Source: Clostridia bacterium (GTDB lineage: Bacteria; Bacillota; Clostridia; UMGS1883). From it: a stretch of DNA of 60,339 bases. A program made the position numbers and the translations under genes. The notes beneath the pieces were generated by a model that saw only the letters and a program-made list of their open reading frames with translations, was not told where the DNA came from and searched no databases. The stretch lies in NCBI GenBank assembly GCA_045646985.1, contig JAZRLV010000037.1, forward strand, positions 1 to 60,339, written 5' to 3'. Of this stretch, positions 10,597-20,322 are shown piece after piece (the first letter of the stretch is position 1; every line of letters begins with the position of its first letter).

Positions 10597-11483
10597 TTTA
10601 TTTCCTCCCAAACAACATATTTTTCTACAAGGAATTCGGGCTGATAGCTTTTTTTAGCACGCCTTAATCCCTCAATTCCCATATCCTCTTCACGATTTAC
10701 ATAAAGACAGTCTTTCCATTCATTTTCACAGAAAAGCTTATTGATTGCCTGATATGCACCTCTGTAGTTATCATCAGCAAGCTCTATCTGTATCAGAGCA
10801 GTTTCACTGTTAAGCCTTTCTCCAAAGCTCATCGCAACAATTTCGCCGTCTATACGGATTGCAGCACCCTTTTGATTCAGCACAAAATAGTTTTCAAAGT
10901 ATCTTTCCATAGCGCCAAGCTCAAACGAGTTTCTGTTCTTAGTTTTTCCATTGACAAGCTTATACGCTTTACACGCACATTCTTCTAAAAGCTTCGGTTC
11001 GGTTATTCTCAAATATTCATATTCATAGTTTTCAAGAAAATAATTAAGGTGATTTCTTTTTGAGTGCAGCTTTTTTCCCGAAAGAGAAATCATTCTTTCC
11101 GTTAAATATACATAGTCAAAACAATTTCTGTCCTCTTCCATAACAAAACGTCCCTCAAAAAGTGCAGAAAGCTTATCCGCATTTTCCTTTGTTACAAGAA
11201 TAAAGCGCAGCCTTTCCCCACGTTCTTTGGAATACTCATAAAGCTCTTCAATGGCATTTTTTAAATTGCCTTTTCCAATCGGGAAGAAATATGCACTCTC
11301 TTTCCCTTTAATATTAAATCTTATAAAAAGATATTCTCCATTATCTGCGTATTCAAGGTTATAGTACCTGTTCCAGATAAACATTGTCGCAAATACACCC
11401 TCGGACGCATATGTCACGTCCTCAATTCTGTACTTATTATAGCGTTCAAAATCCTTGATTGAAACGCACTTAAATTCAAGCAT
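10593..11483 (-). CDS. DUF2156 (phosphatidylglycerol lysyltransferase C-terminal-like) domain protein
   Basis: General resemblance to DUF2156 proteins (KKLHSKRNHLNYF, acyltransferase-like fold signature). Assignment is from memory only. Confidence 0.55.
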   Translation of the reverse strand: MLEFKCVSIKDFERYNKYRIEDVTYASEGVFATMFIWNRYYNLEYADNGEYLFIRFNIKGKESAYFFPIGKGNLKNAIEELYEYSKERGERLRFILVTKENADKLSALFEGRFVMEEDRNCFDYVYLTERMISLSGKKLHSKRNHLNYFLENYEYEYLRITEPKLLEECACKAYKLVNGKTKNRNSFELGAMERYFENYFVLNQKGAAIRIDGEIVAMSFGERLNSETALIQIELADDNYRGAYQAINKLFCENEWKDCLYVNREEDMGIEGLRRAKKSYQPEFLVEKYVVWEEIK

Positions 11484-11499
11484 AAAGTTAATTCATCCT

Positions 11500-12225
11500 T
11501 TATTTAAATCTTCTGCCTTTTAAAATAACCTTAAGTCCGAATTTCGGCAGTGCAAGCATACGCACAAATCTTGACGGCTGCTTTATAAGTCTGTACAGCC
11601 ACTCGATACCGTGATTACAATAAAACTCAGGCGCACGCTGAACTGTTCCGGCAAACACATCAAGACACCCGCCGGCACCTATGGCAAGCTTTGCATTTAA
11701 TTTATCAGCATTGTTATTTATCCACATTTCCTGTTTCGGAAAGCCCAGACAAACCATCAGAAAATCAGGTGCTGCATTGTTAATGCTTTCAATTACAGGC
11801 TCATCATCCTTAAAGTAACCGTCATGCGTACCTGCTATTACAAGTCCCGGATATTTTTTCTTTAAATTTTCAGCTGCCATTTCTGCAACACCGGGCTTTG
11901 AACCCAAAAGATAAACAGATTTACCCATTTTTGCCATAGGTTCAAACAATCTGCAAACAAGGTCAAAACCTGCAACTCTTTCAGAAAGAGGGTTACCAAG
12001 AATTTTTGAGCCGTAAACAACACCTATTCCGTCAGCAATAACCATATCGGCACTGTTTAATACATCTGTAAATTCAGGATTTTCAGACGCATAAAGTATT
12101 ATTTCCGAATTTGGTGTATATATCTTACTAAGCCCGTCCTTTTCCAGAAGATTGACCGCATTACTCACAGCCTCGTCCATTGTAAGCTTGTCCACATGTA
12201 CTCCAAGAATGTTTACAAAATCCAT
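11500..12225 (-). CDS. tagA: WecB/TagA/CpsF family glycosyltransferase (TagA-like)
   Basis: ILGV.VD..T..EA, PNSE, ADGIGVV and PKQE.W motifs, about 241 aa. Confidence 0.85.
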   Translation of the reverse strand: MDFVNILGVHVDKLTMDEAVSNAVNLLEKDGLSKIYTPNSEIILYASENPEFTDVLNSADMVIADGIGVVYGSKILGNPLSERVAGFDLVCRLFEPMAKMGKSVYLLGSKPGVAEMAAENLKKKYPGLVIAGTHDGYFKDDEPVIESINNAAPDFLMVCLGFPKQEMWINNNADKLNAKLAIGAGGCLDVFAGTVQRAPEFYCNHGIEWLYRLIKQPSRFVRMLALPKFGLKVILKGRRFK

Positions 12226-12337
12226 AATGCTGCTCCTTTTATCTACATAATATTCCTATGGTATAGTATACCACAAAATAACATTTTGTGCAACAAAAAT
12301 ATACAAAGAGGATTTATAAAATTCAAGCATGAAATAA

Positions 12338-12376
12338 GGGTGCAGTATAACGACATAAAATCATTTTACTACACCC
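12338..12376 (-). terminator. Hairpin downstream of the Cys-rich mini-ORF
   Basis: GGGTGCAGTA / TACTACACCC stem with one mismatch. The minus strand continues with a T-rich run. Confidence 0.4.
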
Positions 12377-12384
12377 ATCATCTG

Positions 12385-12552
12385 TCAGTTTTTCAAAACA
12401 ACATTCTCAATCTCAATGGCACGGCTGTCAGCATCTAAACCGATACATTTACCGCAGTTGTCACAAATTTTATTGCTGTCAAGGTCGCACTTGTCACATT
12501 CCCCGCAATCACAGCAAAGCTTATTTTCGTCAAGTATACATTTATCGTTCAT
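12385..12552 (-). CDS. Unannotated 55-aa cysteine-rich protein (below the ORF-track length cut-off)
   Basis: My translation is MNDKCILDENKLCCDCGECDKCDLDSNKICDNCGKCIGLDADSRAIEIENVVLKN, with 9 Cys in CxxC-type spacing. Weak GGGA RBS. It lies 69 nt downstream of the LysM gene on the same strand and is followed by a hairpin. Confidence 0.45.
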   Translation of the reverse strand: MNDKCILDENKLCCDCGECDKCDLDSNKICDNCGKCIGLDADSRAIEIENVVLKN

Positions 12553-12621
12553 TAAAATCATTCCCTGAAAAAAATATTACTGTCAGTATACACTAAATTT
12601 TTGAATATTTCAAGGGATTAT

Positions 12622-12945
12622 TCAAAAATTTGTGACAGGTACAAAAATTGTTTGTCCGCATACAATGTTGCCATCTTTAATTCCGTTGTTTGCCGATACC
12701 TCATATACGTATTTACGAATATCGTAACCTGCCGGCTTATACTCCTTTGCGATTGACCAGAGTGTATCGCCTTCTTTTACTACTACAGAAACAACGCTGC
12801 GGTTTACTTCCTCCGAAGAAGTCTTTGAAAAAGCAACGTGTGCCGCCATAACAACAAGTACCATAACAATGATAAGCGCTACGCTGCGCTGACGTCTTAA
12901 TTTTCTGGCTCTTCTTAATCTTCTGAGTTTACTGCTTGTATTCAT
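12622..12945 (-). CDS. LysM-domain membrane protein, YneA-like (candidate SOS cell-division inhibitor)
   Basis: Basic N-terminus, a single TM (VALIIVMVLVVMAAHVAF) and a C-terminal LysM (VVVKEGDTLWSIAKEY...GQTIFVPV). GGAGG RBS. LexA-type boxes lie in its promoter. Confidence 0.7.
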   Translation of the reverse strand: MNTSSKLRRLRRARKLRRQRSVALIIVMVLVVMAAHVAFSKTSSEEVNRSVVSVVVKEGDTLWSIAKEYKPAGYDIRKYVYEVSANNGIKDGNIVCGQTIFVPVTNF

Positions 12946-12958
12946 ATATTTAAACCTC

Positions 12959-13014
12959 CAAACATTTGTTCGCTTTCTTGCTTATAATATAACAGAACAT
13001 TTGTTCGATGTCAA
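12959..13014 (-). promoter_or_regulatory. Sigma-A promoter with two LexA (Cheo-type) boxes
   Basis: Read on the minus strand: TTGACA (13014..13009), a 17-nt spacer, then TATATT (12991..12986). CGAACAAATGTTCT (13007..12994) lies inside the spacer. A second copy, CGAACAAATGTTTG (12972..12959), abuts the RBS. Confidence 0.65.
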
Positions 13015-13131
13015 TACTTTTTCTGAAAATTTTTCCAATTTTTTTCTTTATGTGTTAGCGACATATGATAGAATTCCGAAAAAATGTTGCTCGATAACAT
13101 ATGCTTTATATTTTGTAGGTATATTGTGTTG

Positions 13132-13160
13132 TTGACAAGAAGTTAGTTTTGAAGTATAAT
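13132..13160 (+). promoter_or_regulatory. Consensus sigma-A promoter upstream of the rhamnulokinase gene
   Basis: TTGACA (13132..13137), 17 nt, TATAAT (13155..13160). Confidence 0.5.
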
Positions 13161-13199
13161 ATATCTAGTATATCTATAAACTTTTAAGGAGTGAAATTT

Positions 13200-14519
13200 A
13201 TGTCATATCTTGCGATTGATATTGGTGCTTCAAGCGGCAGACATATGCTTGGAAAACGTGTGAACGGAAAAATCGAACTTACAGAGGTATATCGTTTTAA
13301 AAACGGTCCTAAAATGAAAAACGGTCATTTGTGCTGGGACGGACAGCAGCTGTTTTCTGATATTGTAACAGGAATGAAAAAATGTGCAGAGCTTGGCGAA
13401 ATTCCTGAAAGTGTTGCTATTGACTGTTTCGGTGTGGATTTCGTTCTTCTTGACGAAAATGATAATCTTATCGGCGATACTGTTTCCTATAGAGATGACA
13501 GAACGGCTTCGGTACGTGATGAGGTATATTCAATCATCAGCGAGGAGGACCTTTTCCGTCGCACAGGTATTGCATCACAGCCCTTTAATACAATTTATCA
13601 GCTTTATGCGGTAAAAAAGGAAACTCCTCAGGCTTTTGAGAGAGCAAAGTCTTATCTTATGCTCCCAGAATATTTTAACTTCCTTCTTACAGGAGTTAAG
13701 ATGAATGAATTTACAAACGCATCGACAACTCAGCTTGTAAATGCTGCAAGTCGTGAATATGATAAAGAGCTTTTAGAGATGCTGGGTATTCCGTCTGACA
13801 TTTTTGGAAAGCTTCATATGCCTTCAACAGTTGTCGGAGATTTGCTTCCCTCTATTCAGGAACAGGTAGGATATAACTGCCGTGTTGTTCTTGCAGCAAG
13901 CCACGATACAGGCTCTGCCGTAATGACTGTACCTAATGAAGATGATGCAATCTACATAAGCAGCGGTACATGGTCGTTGTTTGGTGTTCTTCTTGAAAAT
14001 GCTAATTGTTCTGACAAAGCAAAGAACGCAGGCTTTACAAACGAAGGCGCATTTGACGGAAAGGTTCGTTTCCTTAAAAACATCACAGGCTTTTGGGTTG
14101 TTCAGCAGCTTCGTGAGCAGATTCCGATTAACGAAGGCTTTGGCGAAATGTGCGTAATGGCTGAAAAATCCGGTTACACAACACCTATTGACATTAACAG
14201 CGAGCTTCTTTTCGCTCCTAAAAATATGAAAGATGCTGTTCTTACTCAGCTTCAGAATCAGGGTGCACCTGCTCCGAAAAACGTGGCAGAGCTTCTTGCC
14301 AGTGTATATCATGGTATGGCTGACGGATATAGAAAGGCTGTAATAGAGCTTGAAGAAATTACTTCACGCACATACAACACCATTTATATCATCGGCGGCG
14401 GAAGTCAGAACACATTTGTAAACCGTCTTACTGAGGAATATTCGGGTAAAAAGGTTGTAGCAGGTGAAATTGAAGCAACTGCTATCGGTAATATAATGGC
14501 ACAGGAAGCTGTGAAATAA
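13200..14519 (+). CDS. rhaB: Rhamnulokinase (FGGY carbohydrate kinase family)
   Basis: LAIDIGASSGR..., ..YRF.N......G...WD, GVDFVLLD...YRDDRT, and the C-terminal GGGSQN motif. The ATG at 13200 sits 8 nt after AAGGAG. Confidence 0.8.
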   Translation: MSYLAIDIGASSGRHMLGKRVNGKIELTEVYRFKNGPKMKNGHLCWDGQQLFSDIVTGMKKCAELGEIPESVAIDCFGVDFVLLDENDNLIGDTVSYRDDRTASVRDEVYSIISEEDLFRRTGIASQPFNTIYQLYAVKKETPQAFERAKSYLMLPEYFNFLLTGVKMNEFTNASTTQLVNAASREYDKELLEMLGIPSDIFGKLHMPSTVVGDLLPSIQEQVGYNCRVVLAASHDTGSAVMTVPNEDDAIYISSGTWSLFGVLLENANCSDKAKNAGFTNEGAFDGKVRFLKNITGFWVVQQLREQIPINEGFGEMCVMAEKSGYTTPIDINSELLFAPKNMKDAVLTQLQNQGAPAPKNVAELLASVYHGMADGYRKAVIELEEITSRTYNTIYIIGGGSQNTFVNRLTEEYSGKKVVAGEIEATAIGNIMAQEAVK

Positions 14520-14546
14520 CACCCCTTTTATATGAGGTGAGCTTTA

Positions 14547-17234
14547 ATGGACATAGAAAACCTTAAAAAGCCTATCGCTATGTGGGCATGGAATGAAAAA
14601 CTTAATACGCAGGACACCATGCACAATGCAGATAGAATTATAGACTGCGGCTTTGGCGGAGTTTGTATTAATGCACGATATGGACTTCAAAGCAAATACT
14701 TGGGTGAGGAATGGATGCGCAATATCAGCTGCGCAATAAGTCAGTGTAATTCTTATAACGCAAGAAAATGGATTTGCGACGATTATGCAAAGGTTTCGGG
14801 AAGTGCAAACGGAGTTGTAAATGCACAGGATCTTATGAATCAGCAAAAATTCCTCCGCTATGAAGCCTCTGAAAAATCAAATGACCGCACTATTATTTTT
14901 AAGGACGGGTATCATTTTTATTATGATGTTAACCCATACTATGTAGATGTTTTAAACAAAGATGTGTCGCAGCAGTTCATACAGAATGCATATATGCCAT
15001 ATATTGAAAGATTTCCTGAGGGCATTGATGTTTTTCTCTGCTGTGCTCCGCAGCTTTTTTCCGGCATCATTCCCTGGAGCTTCACTCTTCCGCTGGAATA
15101 TAAAAATGCTTACGGGGAGGAATTGCTCGACGTTTTGATTGAGCTTTTCCGACCTGTAGGTAATTATATAAACACACGAATTAAATTCTACTCACTTGTA
15201 TCAAGGCTTTTTGGTGATAATTTTCTTAAACCCATTTACGATTATTGCAGTGAGCATAATGTAAGCCTTGCCTTGAATTTATCATCAGGCAGTGTGCCTG
15301 ATGCATTATCCATGTCACAATATGACTATTCGCATTTTCCTTGTGTTGAAAGCATGTCAAGAAACGATAGCTGCGCCATATCGCCTATTAGTGCGGCATC
15401 TGCCGCATACCAGTTTGGTAAAAAGGATTGTTATTCTCTGCTCTTTTCTTCTTGCGGCTATGGTGCAACATTTGACGACTTCAAGCGTATAGCACAACAA
15501 CATTTAGTGCGTGGCATTACGGGAATTATATCTTCAGGCGTAAATCCGTCACTTCGTGGCGGGCGAAAATATGACAACCCCTCCCCGTCTGTTTTTTACG
15601 GCGATAATCCTGATGAATATATAACGCTAAATAATTATATAGCACGCACCGCCAGTCTTTTGTCGCAGGGGAAGGCAGATTTTGAAACATTGGTTATATA
15701 TAATTCCTCCTGCTTCTGGTCAAAGCTTGATACAGAAAACAAGGAAGGAATTAATGAATTATCAGCACTTATGAAAGCAACCATTGATACTCTTGAAAAA
15801 AAGCATATTCCTTTTCATATTGCTGATGAATTAACCCTTCAAAAGCATGCCCGCATTGAGGGTGATACTTTCGTTATCGGAAACGGGCGTTATAAAACCG
15901 TTATTCTCACAGAAAATTCCGTATTCCTTGAAAGTACAACTAAGTTGCTTTCTGAGTTTGAAAGCAGCGGCGGTTTTATAACCATGGCTGACTCTCTCAC
16001 TTCCAATGATATCTGCGATAACGAAAACCTGCTTTACACTTATCGCAGCTTTCCGAATCATAAAATTCATTACTTTGTAAATAATTCACCTTTAGAATTT
16101 ACCGCTGCGATATCTGTTGCAGACAAAATGATAGATGTTTCTACAGGTGATACAATTCCGTTTTACGGAATATATAAATTCGCTCCGTATGAAAGCATAA
16201 TGCTTCTTGATGACGGGGCATTGCAGCAATCACGGCCATTCAAAAAGCCGCTTAAAACACTGGATATCAGCGGTGAATGGACTGCTTCAGATATTAATAA
16301 TGTGATTGTTTTAGACAGGTGCGATGTTTATTTTGATAATCAAGCCTTTTCTCAAAACGAAAATTGTGCAGATGTGATTGAACTTGCAATTTCGCTTAAA
16401 AGAAGTGTTCAGATTGAATGTGTATATAATTTTAACATATCTGAAATTCCGCAGGAAATCTTTCTTGCGTGCGAAAATTCTGATTCTTTCACGATAGAAA
16501 TCAACGGTACTGAAATTGATAAGGAATATGATCGTTTCTTTATCAATAAAGCATTATCACGTATTGATATATCAAGCTATATTTCTTTAGGGGAAAATAA
16601 AATTTCTCTGAAAGCTTTTTATTCCCCGTCTGATGAATTTTTACTATCTTACGAAAAGGCGCTCAAAGCTCCTTCGGAACGCAATAAACTGAACTATAAC
16701 CTTGAAATTTCTCCGCTTTATATTCTCGGTGACTTTAATGTCGCATTTAGCGGCGAATTCCGTAAGCTTGACAAAAATGCATCAAGATATATCGGTGATT
16801 TTTCAATAGAGGGAAAAAAAGAAAAATTCTTGCTCTCACATCTTGAGCAGCAGGGGCTTGCATTTTTCTGTGGCAAGTTGACTTTTTCAAAAACATTTAA
16901 TATTTCAGATACATCGTATTGTATTAAATTTAAGCCCGAGGGAATTAATAGTGTTACAATAGAGGTAAACGGTAAAATTGCCCGGACCCTTATGTGGGAG
17001 CCGTTTGAGTGTGATATTTCAGACCTTCTCGTAAAAGGAGACAATGAAATCAAGCTTACCATTAGTTCTACCAGCCGAAATTTGCTCGGTCCGCACCATA
17101 TTCCTATGGGAGAATTGTACAATGTTACATCTGGCGATTTTTATAAAAACCCTTGTGTATGGAATGATAACAAACCTACTCCCTGGGAAAACAACTATTG
17201 TTTTATTGAATTTGGTATAGCCAAAAGAGAATAA
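14547..17234 (+). CDS. Putative glycoside hydrolase, family uncertain (GH106-like N-terminus with a C-terminal jelly-roll or galactose-binding-like domain)
   Basis: The N-terminal W.WN..L......I......GFGG..I.AR.GL pattern and the C-terminal EVNGK...W.PF..DIS.LL..G.N.I....S.RNLLGPHH resemble uncharacterised GH proteins. The context next to rhaB suggests a rhamnoside substrate. Confidence 0.45.
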   Translation: MDIENLKKPIAMWAWNEKLNTQDTMHNADRIIDCGFGGVCINARYGLQSKYLGEEWMRNISCAISQCNSYNARKWICDDYAKVSGSANGVVNAQDLMNQQKFLRYEASEKSNDRTIIFKDGYHFYYDVNPYYVDVLNKDVSQQFIQNAYMPYIERFPEGIDVFLCCAPQLFSGIIPWSFTLPLEYKNAYGEELLDVLIELFRPVGNYINTRIKFYSLVSRLFGDNFLKPIYDYCSEHNVSLALNLSSGSVPDALSMSQYDYSHFPCVESMSRNDSCAISPISAASAAYQFGKKDCYSLLFSSCGYGATFDDFKRIAQQHLVRGITGIISSGVNPSLRGGRKYDNPSPSVFYGDNPDEYITLNNYIARTASLLSQGKADFETLVIYNSSCFWSKLDTENKEGINELSALMKATIDTLEKKHIPFHIADELTLQKHARIEGDTFVIGNGRYKTVILTENSVFLESTTKLLSEFESSGGFITMADSLTSNDICDNENLLYTYRSFPNHKIHYFVNNSPLEFTAAISVADKMIDVSTGDTIPFYGIYKFAPYESIMLLDDGALQQSRPFKKPLKTLDISGEWTASDINNVIVLDRCDVYFDNQAFSQNENCADVIELAISLKRSVQIECVYNFNISEIPQEIFLACENSDSFTIEINGTEIDKEYDRFFINKALSRIDISSYISLGENKISLKAFYSPSDEFLLSYEKALKAPSERNKLNYNLEISPLYILGDFNVAFSGEFRKLDKNASRYIGDFSIEGKKEKFLLSHLEQQGLAFFCGKLTFSKTFNISDTSYCIKFKPEGINSVTIEVNGKIARTLMWEPFECDISDLLVKGDNEIKLTISSTSRNLLGPHHIPMGELYNVTSGDFYKNPCVWNDNKPTPWENNYCFIEFGIAKRE

Positions 17235-17268
17235 TTATATTTCACTTTAAGAAAAGGACGCAAACATT

Positions 17269-18957
17269 ATGAATCGATTTTTATCAGGTTTTTTTGCCTC
17301 TCTGTTTGTTTTAAGTACATGTACTGCGGCATTTGCCTTTCCGTTAACCCATGATAGTAAAGCCGCAAATGCTGACTCTATGCGCATTCTCTCCCCACCA
17401 ATATGGATGCGTGACGATGCACTTATTGATAACGAAAATATCCCCGTTGCATTGTCAAACGATATGAAAAGCGAAAATGAAATGGGTTGGTGTGAGCCAT
17501 ATCAGAATAAGCTTAAATACACCAATCTCATTGACGGATATTCAATAATTATCCCTGCGGATATGCGTGTTGATATGTCATTATCTGATGTTTGCACAAC
17601 ACTTACGGACTCGCACCGAATGCTCCGAATTTTCAAGGAAAGCTTTGATACATCGGGTGAAAGACTTTCTTATTTGAATTATTCAAACAAATTTACCGAA
17701 AACACAGCCGACCACAAGCTTGAAAAAGACGAAACATATACTGTAGGGGATTACGAGTATCACATTCTCCAATGGTCACGCAAAAAGCTTTCAAGGATAG
17801 AAAACGACAAAAATTATTACTCCTGTGTTGATGTGTGTATAGGCGCACGTGTTTATACATTTTTCTTCACTGCTGACATGCCATTTTCAAACTGCGGCGG
17901 ATATATGGATATTGTAACCTCGCTGATAACGTTTGACCCGTCAGTTCCACAGGCAAATGCATATAACAAAGGCTACAAAAAGGCCGATACTTCAAGAATG
18001 AATGTTACCGCTAAAACGGCATATAATAATTTATTCTCCGATAATGCCTCATTTAAAATGGGTATGTTTGCCCCCGAAAAATACGGCGGATTTGCACGAA
18101 TGGAAGAATTTGAGAAAACGCTTGGTTATAATTTCTGTTCATTTCTTATTTATACGGAATTCACAGACAGAAATTCACCTACAGCCGGTAATTACCCCTC
18201 AAAAATCAGCTCGTATTTTTCAAAAATTGAAGAATATCTGAAATATGCCAGAAAAACAGGTAAAGCAATCGAGCTTACATTGCAGGTACCTCTTTCCCGC
18301 AGTGTAAACAATAATATGATTTATGAAATCTTAGACGGCACCTATGACCAGTTTATTATGGGATATACTAATCTTATATCAAAATATCCTGATGTAGCTG
18401 TTCTTTTCCGTCCCTTCAATGAAATGAACGGTGACTGGTGCACCTACAGCTCATTCCATACATCACGTGACCCGCAAATATATGTAGAGCTTTACAGATA
18501 TCTTTATAATAAATTTAAAGCTGCGGGCTGTAACAACACCATCTGGGTATGGAATCCCAATGAAATCAGCTTCCCGAATTTTAAATGGAATCATCAGGAC
18601 CTTTATTATCCAGGCGATGAGTATGTTGATGTTTACGGAATAACAGGGTATAATAACGGCACATATTACGAGGGAGAAACGTGGAGAACTTTTGACGAAA
18701 TATATGCCCCTGTTTACGAAAGAGCACTTCGCATTAATGAAAAGCCTATGATGATAACCGAATTTTCATGCTCGTCTATAGGCGGCGATAAGGTAGGGTG
18801 GCTTGAGGATATGTTTACCTCTCTTCCCAAATATGATAAAATAAAGGTAGGTATCTGGTGGCACGCAGCTGACTTTAACGGTGATGCTATTGCACGCCCT
18901 TACTTTATGGATACCCCCGACGGAATGCTTGAAGTATTTGATAAATATCTTAATTAG
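17269..18957 (+). CDS. Secreted GH26-like glycoside hydrolase with an N-terminal domain of about 330 aa and unknown function
   Basis: Signal peptide (FFASLFVLSTCTAAFA). C-terminal half has RPFNEMNGDW, WVWNPN and MITEF, consistent with GH26 acid/base and nucleophile motifs. Confidence 0.6.
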   Translation: MNRFLSGFFASLFVLSTCTAAFAFPLTHDSKAANADSMRILSPPIWMRDDALIDNENIPVALSNDMKSENEMGWCEPYQNKLKYTNLIDGYSIIIPADMRVDMSLSDVCTTLTDSHRMLRIFKESFDTSGERLSYLNYSNKFTENTADHKLEKDETYTVGDYEYHILQWSRKKLSRIENDKNYYSCVDVCIGARVYTFFFTADMPFSNCGGYMDIVTSLITFDPSVPQANAYNKGYKKADTSRMNVTAKTAYNNLFSDNASFKMGMFAPEKYGGFARMEEFEKTLGYNFCSFLIYTEFTDRNSPTAGNYPSKISSYFSKIEEYLKYARKTGKAIELTLQVPLSRSVNNNMIYEILDGTYDQFIMGYTNLISKYPDVAVLFRPFNEMNGDWCTYSSFHTSRDPQIYVELYRYLYNKFKAAGCNNTIWVWNPNEISFPNFKWNHQDLYYPGDEYVDVYGITGYNNGTYYEGETWRTFDEIYAPVYERALRINEKPMMITEFSCSSIGGDKVGWLEDMFTSLPKYDKIKVGIWWHAADFNGDAIARPYFMDTPDGMLEVFDKYLN

Positions 18958-18968
18958 GAGGTGATACA

Positions 18969-19397
18969 ATGACTCTGTTTTGGACAATACTCACAATCGC
19001 TCTGATTGTTCTGGAGGCTTCAACAGCACAGTTTATCTGCATCTGGTTTTCAGGCGGTGCCTTCGCTGCATTAATTGTTGCGTTGTGCGGTCTTAGTCTG
19101 TGGACTCAAATTGTAGTGTTTGTTCTGATTTCGGCTTTACTTTTAATTTTTACAAAGAAATTTGTCAATAAGCTTAAATCAAAAGCACCGGCAAAAACAA
19201 ATGCAGATGCATTGATAGGCGAAACGGCTGTTGTTATATCCCCCATTTCAAACACACAGGGCATTGGCTCTGTTAAAACACATGGAATGGTATGGAGTGC
19301 CCGTAGCGAAAACGGAAGCGATATTGAAGAAGGCACACTTGTTTTAGTAAAACAAATTGAAGGTGTTAAACTGATTGTTGAAGTTAAGGAGGATTAA
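18969..19397 (+). CDS. NfeD family membrane protein
   Basis: Three N-terminal TM segments plus a C-terminal OB-like domain (G..A.V......G.G.V...G..W.A.S). It directly precedes an SPFH gene. Confidence 0.85.
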   Translation: MTLFWTILTIALIVLEASTAQFICIWFSGGAFAALIVALCGLSLWTQIVVFVLISALLLIFTKKFVNKLKSKAPAKTNADALIGETAVVISPISNTQGIGSVKTHGMVWSARSENGSDIEEGTLVLVKQIEGVKLIVEVKED

Positions 19398-19400
19398 TTT

Positions 19401-20282
19401 ATGGGTTTTATTTTAGCTATTTTAGTTATTCTCATCGTTCTTGTTATTGCAAATATTAAAATTGTACCGCAGGCATATGCTTATGTAATTGAAAGATTCG
19501 GAGGATATCACGATACATGGTCTGTAGGCTTGCACATCAAAATACCATTTATAGACCGTATATCAAAGCGTGTTAACCTCAAGGAACAGGTTGTTGACTT
19601 TCCGCCCCAGCCTGTTATTACAAAGGATAACGTATCTATGCAAATTGATACTGTAGTTTATTTCCAGATTACAGATCCCAAGCTTTATACCTATGGGGTT
19701 GAGCGTCCTATGATGGCTATTGAAAATCTTACCGCTACAACGCTCAGAAATATAATCGGTGACCTTGACCTTGATGGAACACTTACATCACGTGATACTG
19801 TAAACACCAAAATGCGTGCAATTCTTGATGAGGCAACTGATCCCTGGGGTATAAAAATCAATCGTGTGGAGCTTAAGAATATTATCCCACCCAGAGAAAT
19901 TCAAAATGCAATGGAAAAACAGATGAAAGCCGAGCGTGAGCGCCGTGAAGCTATTCTGCGTGCCGAAGGTGAAAAGAAGTCGGCTATCCTTATGGCGGAG
20001 GGTGAAAAGGAATCTGCCATTCTTCGTGCAGAAGCTAAAAAGCAGTCTGCAATACGTGAAGCCGAGGGTGAGGCTGAAGCAATTATTGCTGTTCAGACCG
20101 CTGTTGCTGAAGGTGTACGCAGAATTAATGAGGCGAATCCCTCACAGGCATATATCGCATTAAAATCACTTGAAAGCATGGAGAAGGTCGCAAACGGCCA
20201 ATCGACAAAGATTATAATTCCTTCTGAGATACAATCCCTTGCAGGGCTTGCCGCTTCATGCAAAGAACTATTAAAGGACTAA
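19401..20282 (+). CDS. SPFH/band-7 (stomatin/QmcA-like) protein
   Basis: N-terminal TM, VPQ..A.V.ERFG.Y, the SPFH core and a C-terminal AEGE.. coiled-coil repeat. Confidence 0.9.
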   Translation: MGFILAILVILIVLVIANIKIVPQAYAYVIERFGGYHDTWSVGLHIKIPFIDRISKRVNLKEQVVDFPPQPVITKDNVSMQIDTVVYFQITDPKLYTYGVERPMMAIENLTATTLRNIIGDLDLDGTLTSRDTVNTKMRAILDEATDPWGIKINRVELKNIIPPREIQNAMEKQMKAERERREAILRAEGEKKSAILMAEGEKESAILRAEAKKQSAIREAEGEAEAIIAVQTAVAEGVRRINEANPSQAYIALKSLESMEKVANGQSTKIIIPSEIQSLAGLAASCKELLKD

Positions 20283-20286
20283 AAAA

Positions 20287-20322
20287 ATAACAGTCGCAAA
20301 AAATTGCGGCTGTTATTTTTTT
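20287..20322. terminator. Bidirectional terminator between the convergent SPFH and ProX-like genes
   Basis: ATAACAGTCGCAA / TTGCGGCTGTTAT stem with an A-run on one side and a T-run on the other. Confidence 0.7.
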
